The notes below the pieces were generated by a model. The model was not told the origin of the DNA. It saw only the letters and a list, made by a program, of their open reading frames with translations, and made no database searches. Positions 26,549 to 35,267 of a DNA stretch of 43,980 bases are shown here, one piece after another. How positions within the stretch are numbered: position 1 is the stretch's first letter; every line of letters begins with the position of its first letter. Source of the DNA: Candidatus Poribacteria bacterium (GTDB lineage Bacteria; Poribacteria; WGA-4E; JAJRTO01); contig JAJRTO010000216.1 of assembly GCA_024278235.1 (NCBI GenBank), forward strand, positions 1 to 43,980, read 5' to 3'. Made by a program: the position numbers and the translations under genes.

Positions 26549-26570
26549 TTACTCCTGGCAAAGGGAAAGG

Positions 26571-27713
26571 CTATGCATGGGCTTTTAGCAGTTCTACATA
26601 ATCGGTGAGTTCCCAGGGGAAGGTTTCATCCTCGCGCCCGAAATGACCATATGCAGCAGTCTTTGTGTAGATGGGTTTCCGGAGTTCCATACGCTTGATG
26701 ATTCCGCCCGGGGTCAGATCGAAACACTCCAGAACGAGCTGCGTGAGTTGCTCATCGGGCACCACACCCGTACCAAATGTATCGACCATCACAGAAATCG
26801 GTTCGACAATACCGATCGCATAGGATATTTGGAATTCACACCGCTTTGCCAGTCCAGCCGCAACGATGTTCTTGGCCACGTGGCGCGCTGCGTAACTCGC
26901 ACTGCGATCGACTTTCGTGGGATCCTTGCCGGAGAAAGCTCCGCCCCCATGCCTTCCCATACCGCCATAGGTATCCACAATGATCTTGCGTCCGGTGAGG
27001 CCCGCATCGCCATACGGCCCGCCTACGACAAAACGTCCTGTGGGATTGATGTGATATTCGACCGTCTTGGCGATCAGTCGATCTGGAATCACCTGTTTGA
27101 TAACCTCTTCAATGATCGCCTCGCGTAATTCCTCCTGAGTTACTTCGGGATCATGCTGGGTCGAGACCACCACCGTCTGGATCTCCTTGGGCTTTCCATC
27201 CTCATAACGGACCGTAACCTGAGTTTTGCCGTCGGGACGCAGGAACTTGAGGATGTTTTCTTTACGTACAGTCGCCAAACGTTTGGCGAGTTTGTGGGCT
27301 AATCCGATGGGCATGGGCATGAGTTCTTCTGTTTCGAGACATGCATAGCCAAACATCATCCCCTGATCCCCCGCACCGAGACGATCCACGCCCATAGCGA
27401 TATCGGGTGATTGTTTTTCAACAGCGGTCAGAATACCACACGAATGGGCATCAAAGCCATAGGAGGCATCCGTGTAACCAATCTGCTCGATGACAGTTCG
27501 TGCGATGCTTTGAAAATCCAGGGAGGCTGTTGTCGTGATTTCTCCTGCAATGAGCACGAGTCCTGTCTTGACCAGTGTCTCACATGCGACACGTCCCATG
27601 GGATCCTGAACAAATACAGCATCCAAGACAGCGTCTGAGATCTGATCGCAGACTTTGTCGGGATGACCTTCTGTAACGGATTCTGATGTAAACAGAAAAT
27701 TCTGGTGCACCAC
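26571..27713 (-). CDS. metK: S-adenosylmethionine synthetase
   Basis: [50 protein letters not shown]. The GTG at 27713 or 27710 gives a canonical N-terminus. The track ATG at 27806 would add 31 Pro/Ser-rich residues and lies in a hairpin loop. Confidence 0.93.
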   Translation of the reverse strand: MVHQNFLFTSESVTEGHPDKVCDQISDAVLDAVFVQDPMGRVACETLVKTGLVLIAGEITTTASLDFQSIARTVIEQIGYTDASYGFDAHSCGILTAVEKQSPDIAMGVDRLGAGDQGMMFGYACLETEELMPMPIGLAHKLAKRLATVRKENILKFLRPDGKTQVTVRYEDGKPKEIQTVVVSTQHDPEVTQEELREAIIEEVIKQVIPDRLIAKTVEYHINPTGRFVVGGPYGDAGLTGRKIIVDTYGGMGRHGGGAFSGKDPTKVDRSASYAARHVAKNIVAAGLAKRCEFQISYAIGIVEPISVMVDTFGTGVVPDEQLTQLVLECFDLTPGGIIKRMELRKPIYTKTAAYGHFGREDETFPWELTDYVELLKAHA

Positions 27714-27783
27714 TTCCTGACTCTCTTTCGTTGGCGTAGGAACACGGATACTAGATGGCGGGGGGGTAGATTCGGAATGAGGA

Positions 27784-27833
27784 ACCTGAAATCCGGGATG
27801 TAGCATGCGATTTCTCCATCCCGGATTTCAGGT
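27784..27833 (-). promoter_or_regulatory. Perfect 17-bp stem / 16-nt loop hairpin between rpsA stop and metK
   Basis: ACCTGAAATCCGGGATG (27784..27800) is the exact reverse complement of 27817..27833. No clear U-tract follows on the transcribed strand. Confidence 0.6.
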
Positions 27834-27836
27834 ACG

Positions 27837-30017
27837 CTATTCTTCCTCTTGTTCTCGTTCTTCTTCTTCTTCTTGTTGTTTCTGCCTTCTGGCTTGCGCT
27901 TGATTGAGTTCCTCTTGGAGAAGCGCTCCGAGAAGACCGGGTCTTTCTTCTTCTTGTTGCTGTTGTTGCTGTTGCTGTGAACGTCGGTTCGTATCCCTGT
28001 ACTGATCGACCTGGGCACGGTTCTGCTCATTGAGGTAAGCTTTCAAGCTGAGACCAATGCGACGTTCAATCGGATCCAGACTGATCACTTTCAGGTCGAG
28101 TATCTGCCCTACAGCAACGACCTCCTCAGGCTTATTCACATGGTGATCGGCAAGTTCGGAAATGTGAATGAGACCCTCAACACCTTCTTCCAGCTTCGCA
28201 AAGGCCCCGAAGTTGGTCAGATTTACAATGGTGCCTTGCACAACAGAGCCAACCTTGTATTGTTCCGGAACCTGGATCCATGGATCCGGCTCTACTTGCT
28301 TCAGGCCCAGGGAGATCCTTTGGTTGTCAGCATCGATGCTAAGGACGACGACTTCTACTTCATCGTTCTCTTTCAGAACCTCTACTGGATTCACCACACG
28401 TTTTGCCCAAGAAAGATCAGAAACATGAATGAGGCCGTCGATACCCTCTTCGACCTCTACGAACGCACCAAAGTCCGTCAGATTTCGTACTTTTCCTCGA
28501 ATCTTTGATCCGACAGGATAACGCTCGTTGATCGTAGCCCAGGGGTTTTCCTGAAGTTGGCGCAATCCCAGGGAAATCCTCTGACTGTTCCGATCAATAT
28601 CGAGAACAATCGCTTCGATCTCATCGCCACGTTTGAACACCCTGTTCGGATGAACGATGCGACGTGTCCAAGACATTTCAGAAACATGTAGGAGACCTTC
28701 AACGCCTTCTTCCAACTCGATGAAAGCGCCGTAGTCCACAATATTGACAACACGGCCTTTAACCCTGGAGCCGATAGGATAACGTTCATCGACCTCCATC
28801 CAGGGATCAGGGTTCTTCTGCTTTAATCCCAGTGAGACTTTCTCCCCTTCTCGATCGACCTGTAAGATCATCACTTCTATCTCCTGGCCAACCTTGACTT
28901 TCTCTGAAGGGTGATTGACTCGTCCCCAGGACATATCGCTCTTGTGGAGCAAGCCATCCACACCACCGAGATCGACAAAAGCCCCAAATTGTGTGATATT
29001 CTTGACTTCTCCAGAAATGACACTCCCTACCTGGAGGGTTGAGAGGAGTTCTGCTTTACGGGCCGCAAGTTCTTCTTCAAGCAGGACACGACGGGATAAA
29101 ACAATGTTGCGACGTCGACGACTGAGCTTGATGACCTTCATTTCAAGCTGCTGCCCGATGAACTGGTCGAGATCCTGAGCAGGTTTAATATCCACCTGGG
29201 ATGCAGGCAGAAAAGCGCGCATCGTACCGATGTCAGCACGTAAGCCGCCCTTGATCCGTTTGATGACTGTCGCCTGTATCGGTCGGCCTTCCTCATAAGC
29301 CTGCGTGATCTCATCCCAGATCAGCTTCTGATCTGCAATTTCTTTCGAGAGAACGATGAGGCCATCTGCATCCTCTCGATGGACTAGATACACATCAATG
29401 GAGTCACCCACTTGAATACTGGGCAACCCATCTTCGCCGACATCGAATTCGGAGATCGGGATATAACCTTCCGATTTGTAGCCAATATCCACCAGGATAT
29501 CATCCTGGTCGACTTTAACCACAGTACCCTTGACAATATGGCCCTCCTGGAAAGATTTGAGGGTTTCATCATACGCTTCCAGAAGTTCTTCCGGTTGGAG
29601 ATCCTCATCATCAGACCAGAAATCGGGTGTCTCGGTTGGACTATCGGGGGGAGGTGTTTCCTCATCATCTGAACCAGGAGCTTCCTCGTCACCCGGGGAA
29701 CTAGCGTGTTCTTCTGAGGTTGATGTCAATTCATCTTCAGCATTTATGACATCTGTTGCTTTTTCAGGAGACTCTTCATCTGCCTCAACGGAGGATTCAT
29801 CCGCTGGTTCAGACTCATCAGGGGCAGATGTGGATTCATCCTCTGCATCCACAACATCCGTTACGTCTTCAGGAGACTCTTCATCTGCCTCAGTAGGGGA
29901 AGGGGGTAGTACTTCTTTATGATCCGTATCTGTTTCTACGAGAGTGACATCTTCTTCGGATTGGACTTCTTGTGTCAACACCTGTTCCTTTTTCGCATCC
30001 TCATTCATCCAATACAT
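27837..30017 (-). CDS. rpsA: 30S ribosomal protein S1 with six S1 domains, ~170-aa acidic N-terminal extension and poly-Q/E C-terminal tail
   Basis: Six repeats of the G-x-V-x-G-x-V-x8-GAFV-x-L-x4-GL(I/L)H-x-S(E/D) type; 726 aa versus the usual ~560. Confidence 0.93.
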   Translation of the reverse strand: MYWMNEDAKKEQVLTQEVQSEEDVTLVETDTDHKEVLPPSPTEADEESPEDVTDVVDAEDESTSAPDESEPADESSVEADEESPEKATDVINAEDELTSTSEEHASSPGDEEAPGSDDEETPPPDSPTETPDFWSDDEDLQPEELLEAYDETLKSFQEGHIVKGTVVKVDQDDILVDIGYKSEGYIPISEFDVGEDGLPSIQVGDSIDVYLVHREDADGLIVLSKEIADQKLIWDEITQAYEEGRPIQATVIKRIKGGLRADIGTMRAFLPASQVDIKPAQDLDQFIGQQLEMKVIKLSRRRRNIVLSRRVLLEEELAARKAELLSTLQVGSVISGEVKNITQFGAFVDLGGVDGLLHKSDMSWGRVNHPSEKVKVGQEIEVMILQVDREGEKVSLGLKQKNPDPWMEVDERYPIGSRVKGRVVNIVDYGAFIELEEGVEGLLHVSEMSWTRRIVHPNRVFKRGDEIEAIVLDIDRNSQRISLGLRQLQENPWATINERYPVGSKIRGKVRNLTDFGAFVEVEEGIDGLIHVSDLSWAKRVVNPVEVLKENDEVEVVVLSIDADNQRISLGLKQVEPDPWIQVPEQYKVGSVVQGTIVNLTNFGAFAKLEEGVEGLIHISELADHHVNKPEEVVAVGQILDLKVISLDPIERRIGLSLKAYLNEQNRAQVDQYRDTNRRSQQQQQQQQEEERPGLLGALLQEELNQAQARRQKQQEEEEEREQEEE
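29763..29892. repeat. 105-bp (35-aa) tandem duplication in the rpsA N-terminal extension
   Basis: The 25-nt exact block TTCAGGAGACTCTTCATCTGCCTCA occurs at 29763..29787 and 29868..29892. Protein units: EADEESPEDVTDVVDAEDESTSAPDES... and EADEESPEKATDVINAEDELTSTSEE... Confidence 0.85.
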
Positions 30018-30043
30018 GCCTGGTTAAACCGAACACTACAACG

Positions 30044-30071
30044 TTAGTTTTGGTTCACCAGATTCCTCCTT
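30044..30071 (-). promoter_or_regulatory. Strong SD (AAGGAGGA) + 4-codon mini-ORF (GTG AAC CAA AAC TAA) in the rpsA leader
   Basis: Minus-strand reading aaaAAGGAGGAatctgGTGAACCAAAACTAAcg. The mini-ORF stops 26 nt before the rpsA ATG, which itself has no SD. Confidence 0.45.
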
Positions 30072-30156
30072 TTTTGGATTCGCTTGCAGCCATTTCCTAC
30101 GAAGCGCATACGCTAACGGTCGGCAGAAACCACATGTTGGCAGAAACTGCTTACTA

Positions 30157-30185
30157 AGTATATCACAAACCTACATTGGACGCAA
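30157..30185 (-). promoter_or_regulatory. Candidate rpsA promoter TTGCGT-17-TATACT with TGn extended -10
   Basis: Minus-strand reading gTTGCGTccaatgtaggtttgtgaTATACTtag. About 140 nt upstream of the rpsA ATG. Confidence 0.45.
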
Positions 30186-30271
30186 CAGGAAATGCCATAT
30201 CAATTCCACAGGTGTGGATTTTAGCTTCTCCACAGCAACCGAATGACGCACCCACTTCTCATTCTGGTGGC

Positions 30272-30297
30272 TCATCCGACTTGCGTGTGGTCATGGG
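30272..30297. repeat. 26-nt exact repeat, copy B (identical to 6888..6913)
   Basis: Lies in the 389-bp iolD-rpsA spacer, upstream of the candidate rpsA promoter. Confidence 0.95.
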
Positions 30298-30406
30298 GTC
30301 TTGGTTTTACGGAAACCTGTGGCCTGACTACTGCCTCCCTCATTTCCACACGGAACCCTGATGAGCCATTCTGATCAAAGACGCCTCTGGAATAGGACCG
30401 TCTGTG

Positions 30407-32293
30407 TCATAGGAAGTATCGCTCCTTCGCTCGCATTTCCTCCCATTCTTCACGGGCCTTCTGAACATTTTCCATCTCACTCACCTCAGCGACCGGTACA
30501 TCCCACCAACTCTCATAGTTGGGCACACTGACATAGCGGTCATCTTCAATGACAATGACTGTGGTATGGTCGGCCTGTTTTGCTTTCTCAAGCGCGGCTG
30601 TGAAATCATCGTATGTGGTGCATTCGATCACTTTGGCCCCCATGCTGCGAGCGTTCATCGCCAGATCCACGGGCAACGTCTCAACGTCCTCGCCGACTTC
30701 GTCCCCGGGAAGTATGCCATCTTTTGGATAGACAAACCGTGTCCCGAATCCGGTCTGGCCCGATGAACGGCTGAGAGAACCAATGCTCTTGTGGCCATGA
30801 TTGTCGAGCAGCACGACGATCAACTTGTAGTTCTCCTGGATCGACGTGATGATCTCATTCGAGAGCATCAGATAGCTGCCATCGCCCACCATCACATAGA
30901 CCTCCCGTTCGGGGGCAGCCATTTTGATCCCCAGGCCACCGGCGACCTCATATCCCATGCAACTGTAGCCGTACTCCAGATGGTAATTCTTCGGATGCCG
31001 TGTTCGCCATAACTTGTGCAGATCTCCCGGCAGGCTTCCCGCTGCACAGACCATGATGCCTTCAGGATCTCCCAGCTCATTGACAGCACCGATCAACTCG
31101 CTCTGACTCGGTAGCGGTTGATTGCGAAGATCGTAGAGCCGCTGGACCTCTTCTTCCCACTGATCGTGGAGTTGATTTGCAGCGACCCGGTAGGAATCTT
31201 CCACCCGGTATTCCTCCAGCATCGGGAGAAGTTCTTCCAGAGTCACCCTGGCATCTCCCACGAGTGGTAGCGCATTGTGCTTGTAGGCATCGAACTCGGC
31301 GACGTTGATGTTGACAAAGCGGACGTTGGGATGCTGGAATGCGGTCTTGCTCGACGTTGTGAAATCGCTGTAGCGCGTACCAATGCCGATCACGAGATCG
31401 GCATCATGGGCGATCCGATTGGCTGCAAAGGTTCCCGTGGCACCAATCGCCCCCAGGTTGAGTGGATGATCGTAACGCAGACTTCCCTTGCCGGCCATCG
31501 TCTCACCCACCGGGATGCCTGTCTGATCTATCAGGTTGCAGAGTATCGCAGTTGCTTCGCTGTAGATAACACCACCGCCCGCTATGATCAATGGTTTCTG
31601 ACTGCCGCGAATCCATTCAGCAGCCTGGTCGAGAGCTTCCTGATCGGGTCGGTTGCGCGGAACATGCCATACCCATTTGCGGAAGAACGCCTCGGGGTAA
31701 TCGTACGCTTCTGCCTGAACATCCTGTGGCAAAGCAATTGTCACGGCTCCTGTATCGGCAGGGCTTGTCAACACGCGCATCGCTTCGGGCAGGGAAGTCA
31801 GGATCTGTTCGGGACGATAGATACGATCCCAATAGCGGCTAACCGGCCTGAAGCAGTCATTGACCGCAATATCCTGGGTGTGCTCTGATTCGAGCTGCTG
31901 TAACACCGGAGCCACGTTGCGCCGAGCGAAGATGTCGCCTGGCAGGAGCAAGACAGGAAGGCGATTGACCGTCGCTGTTGCTGCGCCCGTCACCATGTTT
32001 GTCGCCCCCGGTCCGATGGAAGTACTGCACACAAGCGTTTGCAGTCGGTTTTTCACCTTCGCATAAGCGGCCGCGGTATGCACCATTGACTGCTCATTGC
32101 GAGTCTGGTAGAACCGAAAATCGGGATACTGTTCGAGTGCCTGGCCGATGCCAGCGACACTGCCATGTCCAAAGATCCCGAAGCAACCAGCAAAGAAAGG
32201 CTGCTCCAACCCATCTCGTTCCACATACTGGTTTTTCAGGAACGTGATCACCGCTTGAGCCATTGTAAGACGTCTGATCGTGTTATTGCCCAT
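30407..32293 (-). CDS. iolD: 3D-(3,5/4)-trihydroxycyclohexane-1,2-dione acylhydrolase (ThDP enzyme)
   Basis: MGNNTIRRLTMAQAVITFLKNQYVERDG ... FGIFGHGSVAGIGQALEQ ... VSRYWDRIYRPEQ closely follows the IolD pattern as I recall it from Bacillus subtilis IolD. The ATG at 32293 has an AAGGA RBS; the track start is 32311. Confidence 0.85.
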   Translation of the reverse strand: MGNNTIRRLTMAQAVITFLKNQYVERDGLEQPFFAGCFGIFGHGSVAGIGQALEQYPDFRFYQTRNEQSMVHTAAAYAKVKNRLQTLVCSTSIGPGATNMVTGAATATVNRLPVLLLPGDIFARRNVAPVLQQLESEHTQDIAVNDCFRPVSRYWDRIYRPEQILTSLPEAMRVLTSPADTGAVTIALPQDVQAEAYDYPEAFFRKWVWHVPRNRPDQEALDQAAEWIRGSQKPLIIAGGGVIYSEATAILCNLIDQTGIPVGETMAGKGSLRYDHPLNLGAIGATGTFAANRIAHDADLVIGIGTRYSDFTTSSKTAFQHPNVRFVNINVAEFDAYKHNALPLVGDARVTLEELLPMLEEYRVEDSYRVAANQLHDQWEEEVQRLYDLRNQPLPSQSELIGAVNELGDPEGIMVCAAGSLPGDLHKLWRTRHPKNYHLEYGYSCMGYEVAGGLGIKMAAPEREVYVMVGDGSYLMLSNEIITSIQENYKLIVVLLDNHGHKSIGSLSRSSGQTGFGTRFVYPKDGILPGDEVGEDVETLPVDLAMNARSMGAKVIECTTYDDFTAALEKAKQADHTTVIVIEDDRYVSVPNYESWWDVPVAEVSEMENVQKAREEWEEMRAKERYFL

Positions 32294-32446
32294 GAAAATC
32301 CATCCTTTCATATCTCATGTCTTGGGTCTTGAACCCTTTTGTGATAGAATACCATCAGGGGCGCGGTAGTCGACAGTGGGCAACCTCGCAAGATCCAGAT
32401 CGTGAACAAGCTCCGGCAGGATCATTTGCGATGTACTGAAACGGAA

Positions 32447-32623
32447 TCAGTATGCATTGAAGAACTTTTTCTTACTGCCCACTGGAGAAACCTTCGCCTC
32501 CACTTTTCGACAGCAGCGAGGACACCAACCGACATAGGCCGTTCCGGCTTTGTTGAGATAGATACGGCTATAGACGCTGCAACACTTGAAAAGAATTCCT
32601 ATGAAAGGGCGTTGTTTCTTCAT
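32447..32623 (-). CDS. 58-aa basic Cys-rich small protein (below the 60-aa cut-off of the ORF track)
   Basis: Manual translation: MKKQRPFIGILFKCCSVYSRIYLNKAGTAYVGWCPRCCRKVEAKVSPVGSKKKFFNAY. Five Cys in a CC-x18-C-x2-CC arrangement. GGAAAG lies 11 nt upstream. Same strand as iolD, 153 nt upstream of it. Confidence 0.5.
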   Translation of the reverse strand: MKKQRPFIGILFKCCSVYSRIYLNKAGTAYVGWCPRCCRKVEAKVSPVGSKKKFFNAY

Positions 32624-32640
32624 TGATTACTCGACTTTCC

Positions 32641-34191
32641 ATGCGACTATCCAAACGACACAGGCAAGTAATCGTGTTCCTATTCGCCGCCATTTTTCTA
32701 CTATCAGCATGGCTTTCCTGGCGGATCTTACGTATACCCGATGTCTCCATGACGCAGTTATTTCCCGAACGACCCATTGCTTCGATCCACGTAGCCCGGC
32801 TTGACACGATGATAAAGGAAGCAAAGGCCGATGACTTCCTGAAAGCAGCGGTAGAGACACCGCTTATTCAAGAGTTTACACGAAGTTGGACATGGCGTCA
32901 ATGGGTTCGTCAGAAACAGAACCTGGAATTTCAACTACAAACACAGATCGACGAACGGTACATCAAAGAAGTCTTTGGGGAACGGGCCACGATGGCCCTT
33001 TACCCGGGTTCTTCGTTCCTGATAGGGAGTGTCGTCAGCGTCATCGCCCGATACCAGATCCTGTGGAATGAGTGGACCGATGTTTTTCACGCTCACTACC
33101 GTATCGAGACAAGCAAGTACCGAGGTATTCGACTGGCGACCCTCACAACACAGGGCGGTACGTTCTATTACGCTCTGATCGGACGGCTTGGATTTCTGAG
33201 TTCCGATGTCCAGTTACTCCGGCAGGCGATGGACCGCTACCGGGATTCCCCGCAGAAGATGCGTGTTCATGGTATCACAACTTACATCGATTTTACAAGG
33301 GGGCAGGCGGGTACGCGGGCCAGCAGGCGATACCGCGGTGGTATGCTCGATTCGCTGCTTTTCCGGAACACATGGGCGCCCCTTCTGCGTGAGTGGCGAT
33401 CCCATACACGCTTTGAGAAAGATCGCTGGATCTCAGAACATCGCCTGACCTTTCATCAACCTCTGGAGATGCTCCCAAATACCACTTCTGTGATGCCAGG
33501 ACAAACGATACCGGACGATGCTGCCCTCGCTGGTTTCCTCCGCATCCCCCCTCGATGGCTGTGGGATGCGGTACGCCCTTACGTTCATATCCGGGGGCAG
33601 CGACCGGATCTCGGACCATACCTGCTTTCGGAGCTTGGATTCGTGGCACGCGCCACCGACCAGATGCTCCCGGCGACAGCTCTGTCATTCCCACTGAACG
33701 GAAGCGTTGGTATCTCCGACACGTTGCAGAAACTGCACGGCAACGTTTCGCTGATGAACAAGCCTATCAAAGTGTCATCCTCTTTGATTTATAGCGATAC
33801 GCCCATCTTTCGGTTAAGCTGGTCTCCGGCCCTCCTGTTACGATTTCGAGGTGGCTATGCAGTCACGGATGATTACGCCATCCTTAGCAATGACATGGGA
33901 TTGATGAAACGCACCATTGACACGATACATGGCACTTCGCAACCACTGAACAGACTCACGGATCTTCGTGCCGAGGATGGGGCATTGTGGATCGATCCGG
34001 GACGTTTCATCCCCCTGCTCAAGCAACTCATCCGGCTGACGTCCCTCACGGCGACGCTCACGGGAAAGCCGCTTCCCTGGCTGACGCAACTCACAGGGAG
34101 CACCGATCCGCTCGAACTCCTGCATGAAATCCGTGCCTCGATGAAACTTGAGCGGGAGACATTGACGATCCGAATCGAGGTTGCACCCTAG
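32641..34191 (+). CDS. Membrane-anchored hypothetical protein (single N-terminal TM, large extracytoplasmic domain)
   Basis: MRLSKRHRQVIVFLFAAIFLLSAWLSWRIL anchor. No catalytic motif recognised. Confidence 0.75.
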   Translation: MRLSKRHRQVIVFLFAAIFLLSAWLSWRILRIPDVSMTQLFPERPIASIHVARLDTMIKEAKADDFLKAAVETPLIQEFTRSWTWRQWVRQKQNLEFQLQTQIDERYIKEVFGERATMALYPGSSFLIGSVVSVIARYQILWNEWTDVFHAHYRIETSKYRGIRLATLTTQGGTFYYALIGRLGFLSSDVQLLRQAMDRYRDSPQKMRVHGITTYIDFTRGQAGTRASRRYRGGMLDSLLFRNTWAPLLREWRSHTRFEKDRWISEHRLTFHQPLEMLPNTTSVMPGQTIPDDAALAGFLRIPPRWLWDAVRPYVHIRGQRPDLGPYLLSELGFVARATDQMLPATALSFPLNGSVGISDTLQKLHGNVSLMNKPIKVSSSLIYSDTPIFRLSWSPALLLRFRGGYAVTDDYAILSNDMGLMKRTIDTIHGTSQPLNRLTDLRAEDGALWIDPGRFIPLLKQLIRLTSLTATLTGKPLPWLTQLTGSTDPLELLHEIRASMKLERETLTIRIEVAP

Positions 34192-34225
34192 CAGAGGCAT
34201 CAATCCCAGGAGCGCATCCATGCCG

Positions 34226-34239
34226 GAAAGCCGGCTTTC
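34226..34239 (+). terminator. Palindrome GAAAGCCGGCTTTC followed by a U-rich tract; weak intrinsic terminator candidate
   Basis: 35 nt after the stop at 34191. Downstream sequence: TCGCCTTCTGGTTTTCCTTG. Confidence 0.35.
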
Positions 34240-34319
34240 TCGCCTTCTGGTTTTCCTTGTCCGGGATGGACATCCGATGTATCATGTAGGGCAATATCAC
34301 TGAGGTTCATCCGGAAAAT

Positions 34320-35267
34320 ATGGAGGATACACATGCGATGGATATGATTGAGACTCTCATCAAACAGGTGGATCCGGATCGGTTATCGCGCCATCTGTTC
34401 CATCTGGCAAAAGATCCGTTGCCCTATCGGAAATTGAACGACACGCTCCCGGGTCACTCCAGGAACACGCTCTATGAAGCGGACGATTTCATCCGGGCGA
34501 GGCTCGAATCGTGGGGATACGCGGTTGAAAAAGAAGGTGTTTCCGTTCAAGCATTCCGATGCGATGAGGCCAAACCAAAGGCGCATCAATACTCCCCGCC
34601 ACTCGAAGAGGATCCCTGGTACACGGCATATAATCTGTATGCAAAGAAGCGGGGAACAACCTCTCCTGAAGAGATCATCCTCTTTCTGGCGCACAAGGAC
34701 TCACAGAGTTGGGTCGATTCACCGGGCGCCTATGATAACACGGTGGGCACTGTCGCTGTACTTGAGATAGCGCGTGTGTTGAGCGACTATCCATCCCGGC
34801 GTTCGATCTGGTTTCTGTTCTGCAATGAAGAACATCGGCCCTGGACCAGTGTTACTGCCGCTGAGAACGCGAGAGAGCGAGGGGATAACCTGGTGGCGAT
34901 CTTCAACATCGATTCTCTCGGGGGCAAATCACAAGAGGACATGGATGCGGGTAGAAAGACCAACGTCACTCTCTACACGGAGCCAGAGGGGGAACGTTTT
35001 GCCGACTTGATGGCAGATGTAAACCAGGTCTATGATATTGGGCTGGTTCAGCAAAAGATCCGGCGGAAGTCCCCCGGGGATGACGATGGATCTTTTGTCA
35101 AGGCGGGCTATTCGATGGCAGTAGCCAATCTAGGATCATATCCCTATGTGGATCCAAACTACCATACGGAACAGGACATCCCGGAGTTTGTGGATATCCC
35201 GAATGTGTGGATGGCAACACGGGCAAGCCTGGCAGCAGGTTTGCGAGTCGATCGAGGAGAATTCTAA
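34320..35267 (+). CDS. M28-family aminopeptidase-like metallopeptidase
   Basis: LAHKDS, GAYDNTVGTVAVLEIARVL, FLFCNEEH, NIDSLG, YHTEQD: the order of M28 metal ligands. Confidence 0.8.
   Translation: MEDTHAMDMIETLIKQVDPDRLSRHLFHLAKDPLPYRKLNDTLPGHSRNTLYEADDFIRARLESWGYAVEKEGVSVQAFRCDEAKPKAHQYSPPLEEDPWYTAYNLYAKKRGTTSPEEIILFLAHKDSQSWVDSPGAYDNTVGTVAVLEIARVLSDYPSRRSIWFLFCNEEHRPWTSVTAAENARERGDNLVAIFNIDSLGGKSQEDMDAGRKTNVTLYTEPEGERFADLMADVNQVYDIGLVQQKIRRKSPGDDDGSFVKAGYSMAVANLGSYPYVDPNYHTEQDIPEFVDIPNVWMATRASLAAGLRVDRGEF

Noticed and set aside
27714-27836. SAM riboswitch upstream of metK
   Set aside because: I could not recognise any SAM-I/II/IV-type conserved core in the 123-nt leader; only a simple perfect hairpin is present. 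This needs a covariance-model scan to be definitive.
30176-30361. 61-aa plus-strand ORF (and 6599..6916) as protein carriers of the 26-nt repeat
   Set aside because: The repeat is read in different frames in the two ORFs (SSDLRVVMG versus FIRLACGHG). Both use weak starts and overlap regulatory or coding sequence of real genes.
30350-30390. CUGAUGA (30358..30364) as a hammerhead ribozyme core
   Set aside because: No complementary helix II followed by a CGAAA box. The downstream sequence gccattctgatcaaagacgcc cannot form the required stems.
30407-32293. An inositol catabolic (iol) island around iolD
   Set aside because: No iolB, iolC, iolE or iolG-type genes are adjacent. The two Gfo/Idh/MocA genes in the window are >10 kb away, so only a solitary iolD can be supported.
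34304-34313. A third partial copy of the dispersed repeat (GGTTCATCCG upstream of the M28 peptidase gene)
   Set aside because: Only 10 nt match, and only the flank of copy A. This is within chance expectation for a 44-kb window.
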